Of a stretch of DNA of 64,000 nucleotides, positions 25,680 through 39,050 are shown in pieces. This stretch comes from Antechinus flavipes. Lineage: Eukaryota. Each line of letters begins with the position of its first letter. Position 1 is the first letter of the stretch. The stretch is from contig NC_067399.1 of the NCBI RefSeq assembly GCF_016432865.1, positions 89,900,001-89,964,000 on the forward strand. Direction: 5' to 3'. The notes under the pieces were generated by a model that ran no database searches, was not told where the DNA came from, and worked only from the letters and a program-made list of their open reading frames with translations. The translations under genes were made by a program, and so were the position numbers.

Positions 25680-26585
25680 ATGGATGATCCACTGATTTGC
25701 CCAAGATCACAGAGCTAATAAGTGAAGGAGAAAGGGTTCATACCCATTTCTCTTACTCTAAGTCAAGTACTTACTTTTTTTTTTACTACTACATAGTCAA
25801 CCATTTTTTAAGCATCTACTATGTACCAGACACTATGCTAAATGCTAATTATTAATATTGTCAAAAACATAAACCAAAGAGGTCCTTTCTCAACATTCTC
25901 TAACCTTCGAGTCATCTGTAAAATGAAAGAATTTATGATCCATTGATTTGCTCATGGTCACAAAGCTAATAAGTGATGGAGGCAAGGTCTCTTTTCATTT
26001 TACCAGTAAGAAAACTGAGGTAAAAAGAAATGAAGTGACACAAGTAGTAATTGATATAGCTAAGCTTTGAATTCAAGTCCTATGATTAATCGTTCAGAGC
26101 TCATTTAATTTGTCTGGCCCTTAGTTTCTGTGGATAATAATATCTGCCAAACTTACCTCACAGAGTGGTTGTGGACCTTAAATAAAATCATGTAGATTAA
26201 AACCATGTAAGTATTGATGATTATTATGATGCTTCAGCATTTGCAAAGCACAGAATATATTCTCTCATTTGACCCTCATAACAACTTTTTCCCCTCGTTG
26301 AGGCAATTAGGATTAAGGAACTTGTCCAGAGTCATATAGCTAGTGTGTATCTAAGTGAACTCAGGTCCTCCTGACTCAGGATACCTGCTCTATCCACTGT
26401 ACCATCTCGATGTAAGTGTGAGAGGTCAAATTCGAACCCAGCTGTAAGCCCAACACTTTGATCTAGTAGCTACTTTGCTTTAGGACTTTCCACTAGACTA
26501 GATTATAAATTCCTTGAGGGCAGGAACATTTTTTTCTATATCCCTTAAAGGTCTGAGTACACAGCAGGTACTCAATGTTGCATGC
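25680..26585. mobile_element. Nested MIR and L2 fragments with a younger marsupial SINE (26298-26408, minus) inside a MIR
   Basis: Several CORE motifs. gaggcaattaggattaaggaacttgtccagagtcatatagctag...gaactcaggtcctcctgactc interrupts a MIR. L2 tail at 26495-26580. Confidence 0.65.
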
Positions 26586-27777
26586 TTCATAGTGGTCCAC
26601 TTTTTAAACTGAATACAGAGCAATTTTTCTTCACATAAGTTAAATATCAGTGATTCAGATAGCTCAACTTTAAGGAAGACAGAGTTGTTAAGCATCCTCT
26701 GACTAGAATTTCCTTTAAATTTTCAGCAAGAGAGCCTCTGAAGGAACAGAGACTGAGGTGTTTAGATTCTGCTCATTCTAGCCAAAATTAAATATTCAAA
26801 TTGGATTTGTTTCTAAGCTTTGCTCAGGCCTAGAGCTTCAGTTTAATGTAAATGGCAGTGTTCCTTTGAATAAAGGTTTCATCAGGCCAGCATGTAAACT
26901 TTTAGCGGGGTCTGTATTATCCATTTAGAGAAAACAATTTGTGTGACAGCCTATCCATCATAATCCCCCTCTTCAGATTTATGGTCACAAAAGACTCTTA
27001 ATACAGGAGATGTTCTGGGGGAGGAGAAACATTTCCCAAACAAGGAGTCTTGCTCTCCTAGGCCAGGTAACAAAGGGTCCAGAGGAATTTGGTGGGGGCC
27101 TCCCCGACCACCTGCAGGTTAAGCCATTGGTCAGTAGATTAACTACAGCTAAGTGTTTTTAAAAAGCAAGTTACCCAGGAGAGCAAGCAAACAAAAATCA
27201 GACTGAAGGTTACACATGGTAAACCAAAATTTAATAAATCCACCACTGGTGAGCTCAAGCCAAAAGGTGCAAAGCCTCTGGTCATTTTTGTTCGTTGCCC
27301 AGCCTACAGTCACTGGCAGTAGGTAGCTTCTGGGCCCACCTGCAAATTGGAGGAGCCCTCAGTGAAAAGAAATTCCTCACTTCCCCCTTGAGCAAGCTTT
27401 AGTTTATTTACTCTTGGGTCTTCAGGACACCAGCTCAGTGACAGAGTCAGCAAAGAGCTTTCCTGCGGTGGTCATTCTTTTTGTTCATGTCCCTGCAGGG
27501 GATTGGGATGAGCATGAATCCGGGCTGGGGGTGGGTCTCCATAGGCCTTGGGGGCTGCTTCTCTAGACCCTGCTGAGGCTGTGGATCCTACCTAAGCAGG
27601 AGGAGGAGCATTCCTTTCTCTGGCCATTGTACTCTCCCAGAGAAAGAAAGGTTCCATGAACCCGCTTCTCTGTGGAGGCTGACTACTAGACTAGACTGCT
27701 ATCCTCCCCAACACCTTTTTTGGGTTGACCTTAGATTCTGGGGTAAGAAGAGTAAAAGGTCTTTCTAGATGCAAGAA

Positions 27778-28279
27778 CAGAGATTCTTAACCTGTTTTTT
27801 TTTTTTAATTCATAGATTCCTTTGTCAGTCTGGCAGAGCCTAATGGACCCCCTTCTTAGAATAACCTTCGCAAATAAATAGAATACATTTGATTATACAG
27901 GAAACCAATTACATAGAAATAAAGATCTACCTATCCATTTTTATGAAAATATCTAGCCATCTTTATCAATCAATCTATGAGCCTAATGGATTAGAAGACT
28001 GGTGAACTTAGAGAAGCTTTACCTACATATCATACAAATACATATCAGATGAATATGTATAGAGATATGTATGATATATAGAGAGAAGAGAGAGAGCTAT
28101 GTCAAGACATAAAGATATTTAGACATCTCTATGTCATATCTATATGAGATATTGAAGTATCAATATATCTTGTCAATATCTATTTATAGATTATCACATG
28201 ATATATAGATATAGCTTCTTTGAGCTCACCAGCCCTCTGACACATTAGATTAAGGATTCCAAGAGACTAAGAACTCTAG
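27778..28279 (-). mobile_element. hAT-Charlie (Charlie4-like) non-autonomous DNA transposon with AT-rich interior
   Basis: Ends cagagattcttaa and ctaagaactctag (imperfect TIRs); subterminal gtcagtctggcagagcctaatggaccccttcttagaataa...ggaaaccaatta. Confidence 0.65.
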
Positions 28280-28769
28280 AAGAACTGAATGGTGGATCTG
28301 AGTTAGAGGCTTCTCAAATAAGGCTAAAATAGTAGCCACTGCTTTGTGGCCATCTTTGCAAGAGGAATTTATTCTGCCCCCTCTGGACTCTAGAACTTGG
28401 GGGAAAGAAATTCCTATAAAAGCTGCTCTCCCTTTATCTCCAGCATCAGAGGAGGCATAAATAGCATGATGTGACCATCCTACTTGAGAATATCATCAAA
28501 TTAGGAGCCAACCTCTCAATCTCAGAGAGTATGAAAGCCAGGAAAGGGAGAAGGGAGCCCAATGCAGCCAACAGCCCCAAGAGGAAGCAGTATGGGTATA
28601 AAGTCAGAGCTTTATCAGGAAAACTCAGACAAGAAAATAGTGTCAAAGATGTATGGAAAGTTCCCTTTGTGTTTGAGGAATTATTCTGAAATTCCTTGGA
28701 CAGGTTTGTCTAAGAACTCTGACCCATGTTTGCCTGTCCTTTCCTTGTTGTATGAATATGTTGTGGAGT

Positions 28770-28975
28770 TTGTATATAAATGTCTATGTAGACATGTCTA
28801 TATAGAGACATAATATGGACATGTCATGTATATCTGTTTAATAGGGATGCATGTATATAAATTCTTATGCATATTTATACATTATATGTCTACAATGCAC
28901 ACATACACACAATATATGTGTCTATATATATATATGCACTTATACGTACATACATACACACCAAACACATATACA
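28770..28975. repeat. Decayed (TA)/(CA)/(TG) low-complexity tract
   Basis: Alternating purine-pyrimidine sequence, directly visible. Confidence 0.85.
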
Positions 28976-29299
28976 TGTCTCCTTTGGGCCCATGCTCATC
29001 GGTGATAGTCAGAACTTTCAGATAATTAAAAGTTTTCATGGGAAGTCCCCATTCTCAGTAGAAATAATTTGCATTATCTCATCATATTCCCATCACTTTT
29101 TCCTTCACCCTACAATTCAATAGAATAAAGGTTAGAATTTTTTCCAGAATTCAAAGGCAGTGGGTGTTAGCATCTCTAAGCATTGATCCTCCTTTTAAAG
29201 GAAAGAAATCTGAAATTGAAAACTAGACCAATCTAGCTCCCTCCCCATAGGTATATTTTATCCTCAGTTTCATGAGAACAATAAAAAAGGAAGGTGAAC

Positions 29300-29500
29300 G
29301 AGGTGAATAAGCATTTTATATAGCACCTACTATGTGCCAAGTACTATTCTAAGTGCTTTTACAAATATCTCATTTGATCCTTACAACAATCCTAGAAGGT
29401 AAATATTATAATTATCATATTACAGTTGAGAAAACAGACAAATAGCTAATGAGTGCCCACGACCAGGTTTTAACTCAGATCTTCCAGATACTAGGTCCTA
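29300..29500 (-). mobile_element. MIR-type SINE with L2-like tail
   Basis: aagcattttatatagcacctactatgtgcc...catttgatccttacaacaatcctag...tttaactcagatcttcc. Confidence 0.75.
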
Positions 29501-31384
29501 TCCAATGGTTTTTTTTTTTTATTTTGCCACTACCACTTTAAAAAAGTGATTAGGGATTATTTCCTTGGATTTCAGAAATATCTATGCTCCAAATGAAATA
29601 ATATTGTAAAGCTCTGAGCACAATGCCCAGCACATAGTCAGCTCTGTGTATGTGCTTGTCCCTTTCCATCCTTTTTCCATACTCAATGAGGACATCTTGT
29701 CACCTAAGTCTCAGGAAATAGATGAGTTTCTTGAGCTCCAGTTGGTCAGTGTCTCACATTAAAATAGAACAGATAAATCATTTGACTAATCAACTATTAA
29801 AACTTCAAGGAGAAAGTGAGCCATAAATTCTAGTTTATGCTTCCCTCTTCACCTCATGTGGTGGTCTGCCAGTACATAATCACACTATCATATTGGTATT
29901 TACCTTGGTTCTGCTAGGATCTCCTCCTGCATTTTTCTCACTTCAAGTTTCCTAAGGGGCTGACAGGCACATAAACTTTGGTGAGTTTTCAAGCAGGGAC
30001 TTGTTACCTGCATTCAAAGTTCTCTACCTAGTATTCTCTGTTTACTTACTACCAGCTACCCTCTACTTACATTTTATGCAAAGTTGAAGCAACTTTTGGC
30101 AATGATTCTAGGAATTGGTAAGTGTCACAAACTGGTCTTCCATCATCCCAGAAAATATTCAACCACCTATCTATAGATTGATTTGACAAATGTTCTCTGA
30201 TTACGTGTTATAAGCCAAGACCTATAATTCTGATAAAGATACAAAAATGCAAAAAAGATACAGGCAAAAAAGACAGAAAGGTTATACACAAGTAATTATA
30301 GCTGTCCAGCCCTTTCTATATTTCTTTATTTCCTGATTCTAAGGTTCTTTTTTTCCCTTCCTATCTAGCATGTTCATGAGTGAATGGTCAACTTCCTTTT
30401 CTGTCTCCTGTCTTCAATTCTGCATAGCTCTCCAATACTTTCACTATCACTTCTTTATTTTCTTTCTACCTTCTTTTCAGTCTTTCATAAGTCCTTATTT
30501 TAATTCCCCAACTTAATTACTGGCTTCCATGAAGCAAATGAGAAGAACATCTCTGTTCTTGGAACCTGTCAACAACTTCCAGGGCATGAAATGAATTCCT
30601 GCTATTATATATTATATCTTAGATAAATTCCATTAAATTCAAGACATATCTAGCAAATTTCTACAGCAGTCACTGTGATAAGCTCAATGAATTTTAAAAC
30701 AAAACTAAATTATAACACACAGAAAATAATTGAGACCTCATTAATGTGTGTGTGTGTGGAGGGAGGGGTTATACACTAGATATGTCTGTAGAATTCCAGG
30801 CTACCAGAGTTCTTTAAAGACTGATAATAATGTTCATGGGGCAGGAGATAGAGATGGGAAACTTCATCAAAAACCAAGTTCTAAACCCCAAAGAATCACC
30901 ATTAGCTCTTTGTCTGGCTACTTCTCAGTGACAACCTAAGCCTGAGAGTGATGACAAAGATGTTATGGCTTCATCCTACCTCTCAAGATTAATCTTAGCT
31001 CCCTGGAGCAATCATCCTTCACCTCCAAATAATAGCAACAATTTACAATTATATCATCCTTTAAGACACTAACAATATTTTCATAGCTAAAGACTTTACC
31101 TTCTCTTCATTGTAACACCCTTTCCTCTCATTTTTGTCACTGGTTCCTATGAATGTTAAAGCCCTCCAGCCAGTGATGATTGAATCCTAATCCATATTTC
31201 ATCTGTATTCATCATATATGCCCCTACTCTCTCAGCACATGAGGATCATGTCCTTTCTTCAAGGTTTAGTTCAGTCTGCCTCTTCTATCAAGTCTTCTGA
31301 GTAGATCACACTAATCTTTCCTACTCTGAACTCCAATATAACACAGAACTACATCTTGATTGCAATTTGTTTTTTTTTTTAGAG

Positions 31385-31595
31385 ATTAAGACTGGACTTG
31401 TTACTTCACTGATATGAGAAACTCCCAAAGGAAGAAATTTTCTCTAACAATGTAAGTTAGTTAACACCTTTTCTGAAATTTCTAGTCTTAGAGAGTTGCC
31501 TCTGGCACTGAAAAGTTAAGTGAATTGCCCACAGTCACACAGTCAATATGTCAAAGACAGGTATTGAACATAAATCTTTCTAAGTCCAAAACCAG
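31385..31595 (-). mobile_element. Marsupial CORE-SINE (MdoRep1-like)
   Basis: gactggacttgttacttcactg...tagtcttagagagttgcctctggcactgaaaagttaagtgaattgcccacagtcacacag. Confidence 0.65.
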
Positions 31596-31649
31596 TTGTC
31601 TAACAACTATTATCATGTTGCCTCTACATTGTATTATAAACAGTTCTCT

Positions 31650-32010
31650 GATGGTGTTCTATGGGTGTTCCCTGATGAATATGTAAGATCCTCATGGGAA
31701 ACCATGTCTCATTTCTCCCACAATGCCATGAACGAGGTTAAAGACTTAGGAATTTGGTCTTTTGCTGGCTCTCCAATGGATGCCATGCCTTCTCATCCTG
31801 AACCATCCCTCTGTTTCCTTATCTCCTCTGTAGAGGATACACACAAAGTACTGGAGTTCCTCTACTAATTTTTCGATAGCCCAAGTTATTAAATTTATTT
31901 TATTGTAAGCCCTTGAAGGCAAATCCTATCTTTTGTCTCTTTTTGTATCCCCAGTACTAGTAAATAGCACATAGTAGGTGCTTAATAAATTTCTAGTGAA
32001 TTGCATTGAA
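31650..32010 (+). mobile_element. L2 3' fragments
   Basis: attgtaagcccttgaaggcaaatcc...cacatagtaggtgcttaataaat tail. Confidence 0.65.
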
Positions 32011-32625
32011 AATTATACTCATCAGACTATTTATATTGCCTTTCACTATCATTAAAGATTGAGGCCATATAAGTGACCTCATTATTACTTGACTCGATAG
32101 TGAATGAATAAAGCATTTATTAAGCATTTACTATGTTGTATTAAGCCCTGATCTGGTAAAGATTCTACCTGGTACTGATTGACATCAAACTCACACTATC
32201 ATTTCATACCGATGTCCTGGAACATTTAAGAGATTCATTTCTTAATTCTGTAACCAGTACAGAGCAGATGGCAATAGAATAAGAGCGTCTTATTAGGGGC
32301 CTGTTTAGATGCAACCCCCAACTATGTTCAAAAATATTTTTTCAATACTTCAATGGACCTGGGATTTCATCAATAAAAGTATTACCTCCTGTGGTAGGGG
32401 AAACATTGACTCAAAGTAAGCAAGGCTAGTTTTTCCCTAAAAAGTCAATGAAACCATCCAAGAGACTTAATTAGTCCTGGGGATTAAGGGGCAAACCACT
32501 GATGTGGATTTCTGATTGCCAGAAACATAAAAAGCTCAATGCAGGCACAGTCAGTACTCTTCAGACTCATTTGGTTTCCATTGAAAAAAGCATATTTGAC
32601 CAGGTTTGTCTCTGTCTTCCTATGA

Positions 32626-32795
32626 CAGGGGTCCTTAACCTTGGGTTCATGAACTTGTTTGAATATCAGTGGTTTCCTTTATACAACTATGTATTTTGTT
32701 TTATAAATCTTATAAGGATATTCTGAGAAGGGCCCAATAGTATTCATCAGATTGCCAAAAAGGGTCTGTGGCACACAAGATATTGAGGACCCCTG
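32626..32795 (+). mobile_element. Charlie4-like hAT MITE, 170 bp
   Basis: TIRs caggggtccttaa and ttgaggacccctg (12/13 match); internal ggtttccttta...attctgagaagggccc...cagattgccaaaaagggtc. Confidence 0.8.
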
Positions 32796-33068
32796 ATGTA
32801 AAAGAACTAATTTGTGGATTGTGTTGGACAGTCTTCACTCAAGACTGAAATAGCAGGATCTTCTCTTTTGGTCATCTTCTTGATAAAGATTCATTGTGTC
32901 TTTTAGTGAACTTGGGGCTGCAGAGAAAGAAATTCCTCTAAAAATAGGCCCTAGTTCATTTCTATGACAGGGGAGGAGACATTGAGACAATCCTTCCTAC
33001 AGACCATCAAATCAGATATCCATCTTAGAGCAAGGATCAAAGTGCCAATCTCTAACCTCCCCAAGGAC

Positions 33069-33255
33069 GCATGGATTGATTTCAAAGGGTTCCATGAACC
33101 TAGTTGGGAAGGGAGAAATTATACTTTTTTATCATTAGATCTATTAAAACTTAGTATTTTCTCCAATTAATTAAAAACAATTCTGAGAAGAGGTCTCATA
33201 GGCTTCATCAGTGAGCCAAAAAGATCCATGATACCAAAAAAAGATTAAGATCTTG
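33069..33255 (+). mobile_element. Charlie4-like hAT fragment
   Basis: catggattgatttcaaagggttccatgaac...attctgagaagaggtctcataggcttcatcag. Confidence 0.65.
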
Positions 33256-33330
33256 TTTATAGAAAAGAGGGAAATGACATCTACCTGAACTAATACCACA
33301 TCTTTTGCTGAATATCCATCCTATGCTATC

Positions 33331-33475
33331 TTTTTTTTTCTTACCGAGGCAATTGGGGTTCAGTGGCTTGCCCAGGGTCACACAGCTAGGAAGTGTTAAG
33401 TGTCTGAGATTAGATTTGAACTCAGGTCCTCCTGACTTCAGAGCCAGTACTCCACTGTGCCACCTACCTGTTCCC
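33331..33475 (-). mobile_element. WSINE1-type SINE, full length, with A-tail and TSD
   Basis: Reverse complement reads ggtaggtggcacagtgg...gaagtcaggaggacctgagttcaaatc...cagacacttaacacttcctagctgtgtgaccctgggcaag...ccccaattgcctc plus poly-A. ctatcttt occurs on both sides (33326-33333, 33475-33482). Confidence 0.85.
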
Positions 33476-33682
33476 TATCTTTATTTTTAAGGAATATTCT
33501 TATACTATCTTTAAGGAATTTTTTTTGGAAATGATAAATTGTATAAATTTTTTGTTTTGTTCCAATCCCAAATCCAAACCACTAGACTAGTCTGAAAGAA
33601 GCCTGGTCCAGAGCACTTTCAATAGTGCAATAATTCATTTCTATCTTTCTTTGTTTAGATTCTCCTATAGAATTTCCACAGG

Positions 33683-33920
33683 ATAGGACAGTGAAGAATG
33701 TCCCAGGCCTGGAGTTAGGAGGCCTGAATTTAAATTCAGTTTTAGATAGTTACTAGCTGTGTGACCCTGGGCAAGTCATTTAAGCCTGTTTGTCTCAGTT
33801 TCCTCATCTGTAAAATAAGTTGGAGAAGGAAATGGCTAACTACTTGAATATCTTTTCCAAGAAAAGCCCAAATAGGGTCATGACAAATCAAATAAACTGA
33901 ATAACTAAACAACAACAACA
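33683..33920 (+). mobile_element. MAR1 SINE
   Basis: CORE ctagctgtgtgaccctgggcaagtc...tcctcatctgtaaaa, then ggagaaggaaatggc...caacaacaac tail. Confidence 0.9.
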
Positions 33921-33957
33921 TAAATGTATTCAATGTTCTGGAAATCTTTCTCTAGAC

Positions 33958-34180
33958 CAGGTTTTCTTAACTTGTCATCCCCTGATCCTCTAGGGATCCA
34001 GAATAGATGTGGAAGAAAGGTGTTATTGGTGAATGTGGATATGAAAAATATATTTTCAATCTAACCTCTAATTGTAATTTAGTTCTTTCTTAAATCATTT
34101 TTAAAAATGATTAAGAAGGGCTCCATGCATTTCACTAGACTGTCAAAGGGATATATGGTATAAAAAGCCAAGAACTACTG
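33958..34180 (+). mobile_element. Charlie4-like hAT MITE
   Basis: Begins caggttttcttaac and ends aagaactactg; internal ctaacctctaattg and cactagactgtcaaaggg. Confidence 0.65.
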
Positions 34181-34271
34181 CTTCAGGTCTTTTTACATTT
34201 CATGGATGCACTGTGTGTACATCTGTCATCTTTAGTTCAGCCTACAAAGATAGAGCTTTGTAAACCTCTAA

Positions 34272-34505
34272 TTGTTCAGTTATGTCCAACTCTTTGTGAT
34301 GCCATTTGCAAGTTTCCTTGGCAAAAAGCGTAGAGTGATTTGTCATTTCCTTTTCCAGCTTATTTTATAGACAAGCAAACTGAGGCAAATAGGGTTTAGT
34401 GACTTGCTCAGGATCACACAACTAGTAAATGTCTGAGGCAAGATTTGAACTCATAGAGATGGGACTTTCTGACTCCAGACTCAGTATGGTGCCACCTAAC
34501 TGCCC
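34272..34505 (-). mobile_element. MAR1 SINE
   Basis: ttgttcagttatgtccaactctttgtga...aactgaggcaaatagggtttagtgacttgctcagg...gtgccacctaactgccc. Confidence 0.9.
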
Positions 34506-34589
34506 TACAAATGCTAAGGGATGCAAATGCAAGAAATAAAAACAAACTAAAAGGTTTAGGAAGCTCTGGATTTGATGGCCAAGAAGCAT

Positions 34590-34799
34590 CAAGGTAAGGC
34601 AGGAAGACCTGAATTCAAATCTGCCACAGTTACTTAGTAGCTATAAAATCCTGAGCATATGACTTAACTATGTCTACCTGAGTTTCCTTATCTGTAAAAA
34701 AAGAAAAGTAATAATAATAGCACTTCCCTCATAGGGTTTTCATGTATCTCAAAGGATCAAATTGGTTATCATATGTAAAGAGCTTTGCAAACTTTAAAA

Positions 34800-34846
<47 letters not shown>

Positions 34847-34935
34847 ATATATAATATATATATATATGCCCATAGAGAATAAGAGACAATTTATATAGAG
34901 AATATATGTATATATTTGTAGAGAGAGTTTGTATA
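34590..34935 (+). repeat. MIR followed by a (CA)~20 microsatellite (34802-34842) and a TA-rich tract
   Basis: MIR core agtttccttatctgtaaaa; the microsatellite is directly visible. Confidence 0.85.
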
Positions 34936-35049
34936 TATACATAAGTATATATGTGAGCAATTATTATTTTTAGAATTAAGAGAGAAACATAATTTAACTT
35001 TGGGCTAGTCTTGGAAAAGGCATTGATTGTGAATTCTATTCATGAATTC

Positions 35050-36260
35050 CAAGAATATCATAGTTGAAAGAAATTATTCTAAAAATAAGAGATTGCTTAG
35101 TCCAACTCCTTCATTTTATGAATAAGAAAACTGCAGCCCAGAAAATTGAAATGACTTTTGCAAAGTCATATATTTAGAGCAGGTTTATTTAAGTCCACTG
35201 ATAATATAACCTGCCAAATCTTCAAAGAGTATTGTGATCTTACAAATTAGGAGATAAGAGTTATGGAGATCTCTCAATATCCTGACATTTTCATTTTGGG
35301 TTGATGTGAATATAATGGGAGAAGATGGATCACCAAAAAGAATCCAAGTTACTCAGAACCTTTACTAAAGAAGATAAGGTTTTCAAGTTTAAAAAGTGAA
35401 TGTGAAAGGCATTTGTCTCTGATGATCATCACCCTTAACACTTGTGTCACACAATGCAAAACACTCTCTCTGTAGATATCTCATGAGATCCTTCCATCAT
35501 TTTGGCACCTCATGTTCCCATTTGACAGATGAGGAAGCTGATTATCCAGAAAAAGTGGGAGTAAAACTGAAGTCTCAGCTTCCCAAGCCAGGTTTCTTTC
35601 CAGAGTAAAACATCCCTTACAGTTTTACCAAATAACACATACTGTTGAACTGATGCATATACTGGGCACTCATATAAGGAAATATGGTGGAACAGAAAAA
35701 GTATTGGGCTTGGTGTCAGGATACCCTGATTTAATTCAGGGGTCCGACACTTAAATGAACAGCATGACCTTGGGGAAAATCACTTTACCTTTTTAAGCCT
35801 CAATTTTTTTTATCTGTAAAATGAGTATAATATTACTACTTGTTCCAAAGGATTTCTTAAAAAATACTTTGTAAATCTCACTACAATGAGAGTCATTATG
35901 TTATAAGCATTTTCAAAGCATGTCTTTCTAGGTAGCTAGGAACACCTGTCTGCAGATAGTTATAATCTTAATAATTGACATTTAAAAAGTATTTTACATA
36001 CATTATCCCATTTGAGACATACAACAATACTGTGAGGTAGGTACAAACAGGTATTATCTCCATTTTATAGGTAAGGAAACTGAGCCCAATAAAAGAAAGG
36101 AATAAGTATCTACTACTGATAGGCACTGTACTAAATTCTTTATAAACACTGTCATTTGATGCTTACAATAACCCTAGGAGATAGATGCCATTATCGTCGC
36201 CATTTTACAGTTGGGAAATTGAGGCAGGCAGCTGTTAGGTGCAGCTAGTGGGAGATGTGA
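35050..36260. mobile_element. Series of MIR fragments in both orientations
   Basis: CORE motifs at ~35100, 35520, 35770, 36060 and 36200. Confidence 0.7.
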
Positions 36261-37479
36261 AGCCACATAAAGTTGAAAAGTTGAAGATACCCCTTTCTCA
36301 GTAATACATACCAGAGAATGATGGTTTGGAAGCTTGGTTGTGGCTAAAGCCTTTCCCCCCTCCTTTCCTGCCACAGACAAACATCACTAATAGCTATTGC
36401 TCTGATTTTCATTCTGATTTGAAAGAATGCTAACTCATGTGAAATGCATTAAAGCTGATTTATTACTTTAAAGTACAAAATATAAATTTCCCCTTGGATA
36501 CCTGATGTTTTAAAGATTTTTTTCTTATAGTCATTTTTGAGCAAACACCTGGGTTACTAACTTGAAAACAAAGCAATGCATTTTTAGTTCGTGTTTGTGG
36601 AAACCTCCCTTTTCCCTTCTGAGAAGGATTTTCAGTCACATTTTTAAAAATCCACAGACAACTGAATTTTATCTGCCCTTGGCCCAGTGTTTCCTGCCCT
36701 CAGAAAAGTCACAGATCCACTTGGGCCAAGAGATATTGCGTTCTTTGCATAAACAACAAAAAAGAATAAAGAGGATGCTCTGGCTAAAAGTGGGAACTTG
36801 GTCCCCAGAAATCATGCAGGGACCAGGTTTCTACAAGAGTTTTTTTCTTTTTCATTTTGCTGTGAGGGTTGTAGGAAAGGAAGAAAAAGGCCTGTGACCT
36901 ATATCGTCAAGGTCTACTTCTTAACTGTTCAGCAATGGGAGAGAATCAGAATGCATTCTGGAAAAAAAAAATCAGAAGTGCTGATTGTCCCTCTAAGCCT
37001 TTCCAATCACAGGCTAGCAGTTAAAATAATGCTCACCTACTGAGCTTCCAACTGGGCCCATCTACCTTTTTCGCTGGCAGGGTCATGTCTAGTCAAGCCT
37101 GATGTAGCTGCTGCGAGCCCCGGCTGATCTCCCAATTCATGGCATCCCAGCTACACCTGTTTATCATGGAGTCCCTCCATTTTCCTTCCCCTCCTCTCCT
37201 GTTGAAAAGGAGCATTAATTAAAACAGTAAACAAATGGGCTTCTCGTTCTAAATCAGGGCTGCAGGCAACGGAGAGATAACTTGGGCTCTGGAGAAGAGG
37301 GATTTTCTGTTAATTTATGGAATCCACCGTCACTCTTGTGGAGCAGGCAGGCTGCTTGCTCGCTTAACGGGGGAAATAGAAGCAGACAGCTTTTGTCTAA
37401 ACACTTCTTTTGCTTGGAATATCTTAATTTTTCTATTTGAATTTTTAATAAGGTTCATGGTACTTTTTTAGTGGAGCAA

Positions 37480-37810
37480 ACTCCCGGCTTTTTGTCGATG
37501 CGGCAGGGGCTGCTCCGAGCGTATCCTTCCCGGGGCTGGCGGATGAAAGCGTTCTGAAAGTTGGGGGCTGAGGACAGGCGGGAAGCCGAGATGCTCTTGT
37601 TGGGCCGGCGGGGCCGGAGCTCCAGAGCAGGCAAGGCAGTAAGGTTCAAGCTGTTCCGCTGTCGTCCTTCAATCAGCTCCGTCTGCATCTCTAGCACTGC
37701 TCCGAAATCTGCGACACAACAGCATCGTCGCTGCCAAGCAAACTCCGAGCTCCAAGAAGCCCCAAACGTTGTCGGGAAAACACACCTTTTGATCTGTTCG
37801 GTGGTAGTTA
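37480..37810. promoter_or_regulatory. CpG-island-like element
   Basis: About two dozen CpGs in ~320 bp by hand count, in an otherwise strongly CpG-depleted window. Confidence 0.7.
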
Positions 37811-38459
37811 GGCTCTGCCCTGCCTCTAGATTGTCTGTATTAACTTAGCCATTAACTATCAGAGGCACTCCGGGAAATGTTTGTTCTTGACATTTTGTTT
37901 CCAGCTCCCGGAGTTATAACTCAGTGCTGATTAATATTGTTGGAAAGGGGTTGTGTTTTATTCCAAACTGATATTTGGAATTCTTCAGTTTAAGTGAAAT
38001 CACATTAAAATTGTAGTTTTCATAAAATTATAGACAGTCCAAGAAAAAAACTCTGTAAATTTTTGTCATTTTGAGTGTAAACCTCCTTAAAAACACAGGA
38101 ATGTCTGGTACATATTTCAAGCCAGCCTACTTTTCCTNNNNNNNNNNNNNNNNNNNNNNNNNNNNNNNNNNNNNNNNNNNNNNNNNNNNNNNNNNNNNNN
38201 NNNNNNNNNNNNNNNNNNNNNNNNNNNNNNNNNNNNNNNNNNNNNNNNNNNNNNNNNNNNNNNNNNNNNNNNNNNNNCTGACATGTAAAACACCAGACTG
38301 ACATCTGTACACTTAACAACCAACTCAGCTGCCATAGTTTAGAAGAACATAAGGCAAGCAAACGTTAGTTGTGGAAATAAATTAAGTTTGTGGGTATGAC
38401 AAATTTGGCTGGGAGGGAAAAGAAGGCACCAAGAAGGAGTGAAGGTTTTTTCCCTGTTC

Positions 38460-39050
38460 TCTAAAACGAGGCTGATTGGTTTACTAAGGGTTAAGTGGAG
38501 CAAACTGTCATTTCTCCCTTCCCCGCCTCTCCTCTCGATAACCTCTGCATAGACATTTTCAGCATCAGACAGGCTGCCAGAGCTGTCCAGGAAAGTTTTC
38601 TGTTAGACAAGAGGGAGGAGGGGGGAACTAAGTTGTAGTGCTGTGGATACTGTGAGAGTGAAGCGACCCAGTGCTTGAGCTTTCTCAAATTGAGCTCCTG
38701 GAAAAAAAAAAAAAAAAGAAATGAAAGAAAGAAAGAAAAAAAAAAGCTTGCTATGGCTCTTGGGCCCCTGCAGGCCCGACTTTCTGGGAGGGGGGTAGCA
38801 TGCACACTACTGTGCGGACTAATTATAAGGATTCGGTTTCCCGGTATGAAGGAATGCATTACCTGTAGCAAAGGATGCATAAAATATCAGAAACCAGAGG
38901 CACTGGGAGGAAGCTGAATGCCCCAGTGAATTCAAGCCCTATCCCTAGGTTTATACCCACAATCCAAACCCATGCTGAGAGACTAATCACTTGCCCATTG
39001 TCAGTGCTGTTGTCCAATCAGCCCCTGAATAGCAAAACTTCACAATGCAG
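38460..39050. promoter_or_regulatory. Promoter- or enhancer-like unique sequence with CCAAT boxes and TAAT motifs
   Basis: ctgattgg (~38472), tgtccaatcag (~39012), gactaattata, gactaatcacttg; lies between N-runs. Motif-level evidence only. Confidence 0.35.

Noticed and set aside
33723-33738. Perfect 16-bp palindrome ctgaatttaaattcag
   Set aside because: It lies in the B-box region of a MAR1 SINE and is explained by a few substitutions.
37455-37848. 80-aa and 95-aa ORFs in the CpG island
   Set aside because: Opposite-strand overlapping ORFs with no family resemblance, as expected in GC-rich sequence.
38545-38570. REST/RE1-like motif ttcagcatcagacag
   Set aside because: Wrong half-site spacing and mismatches in the core.
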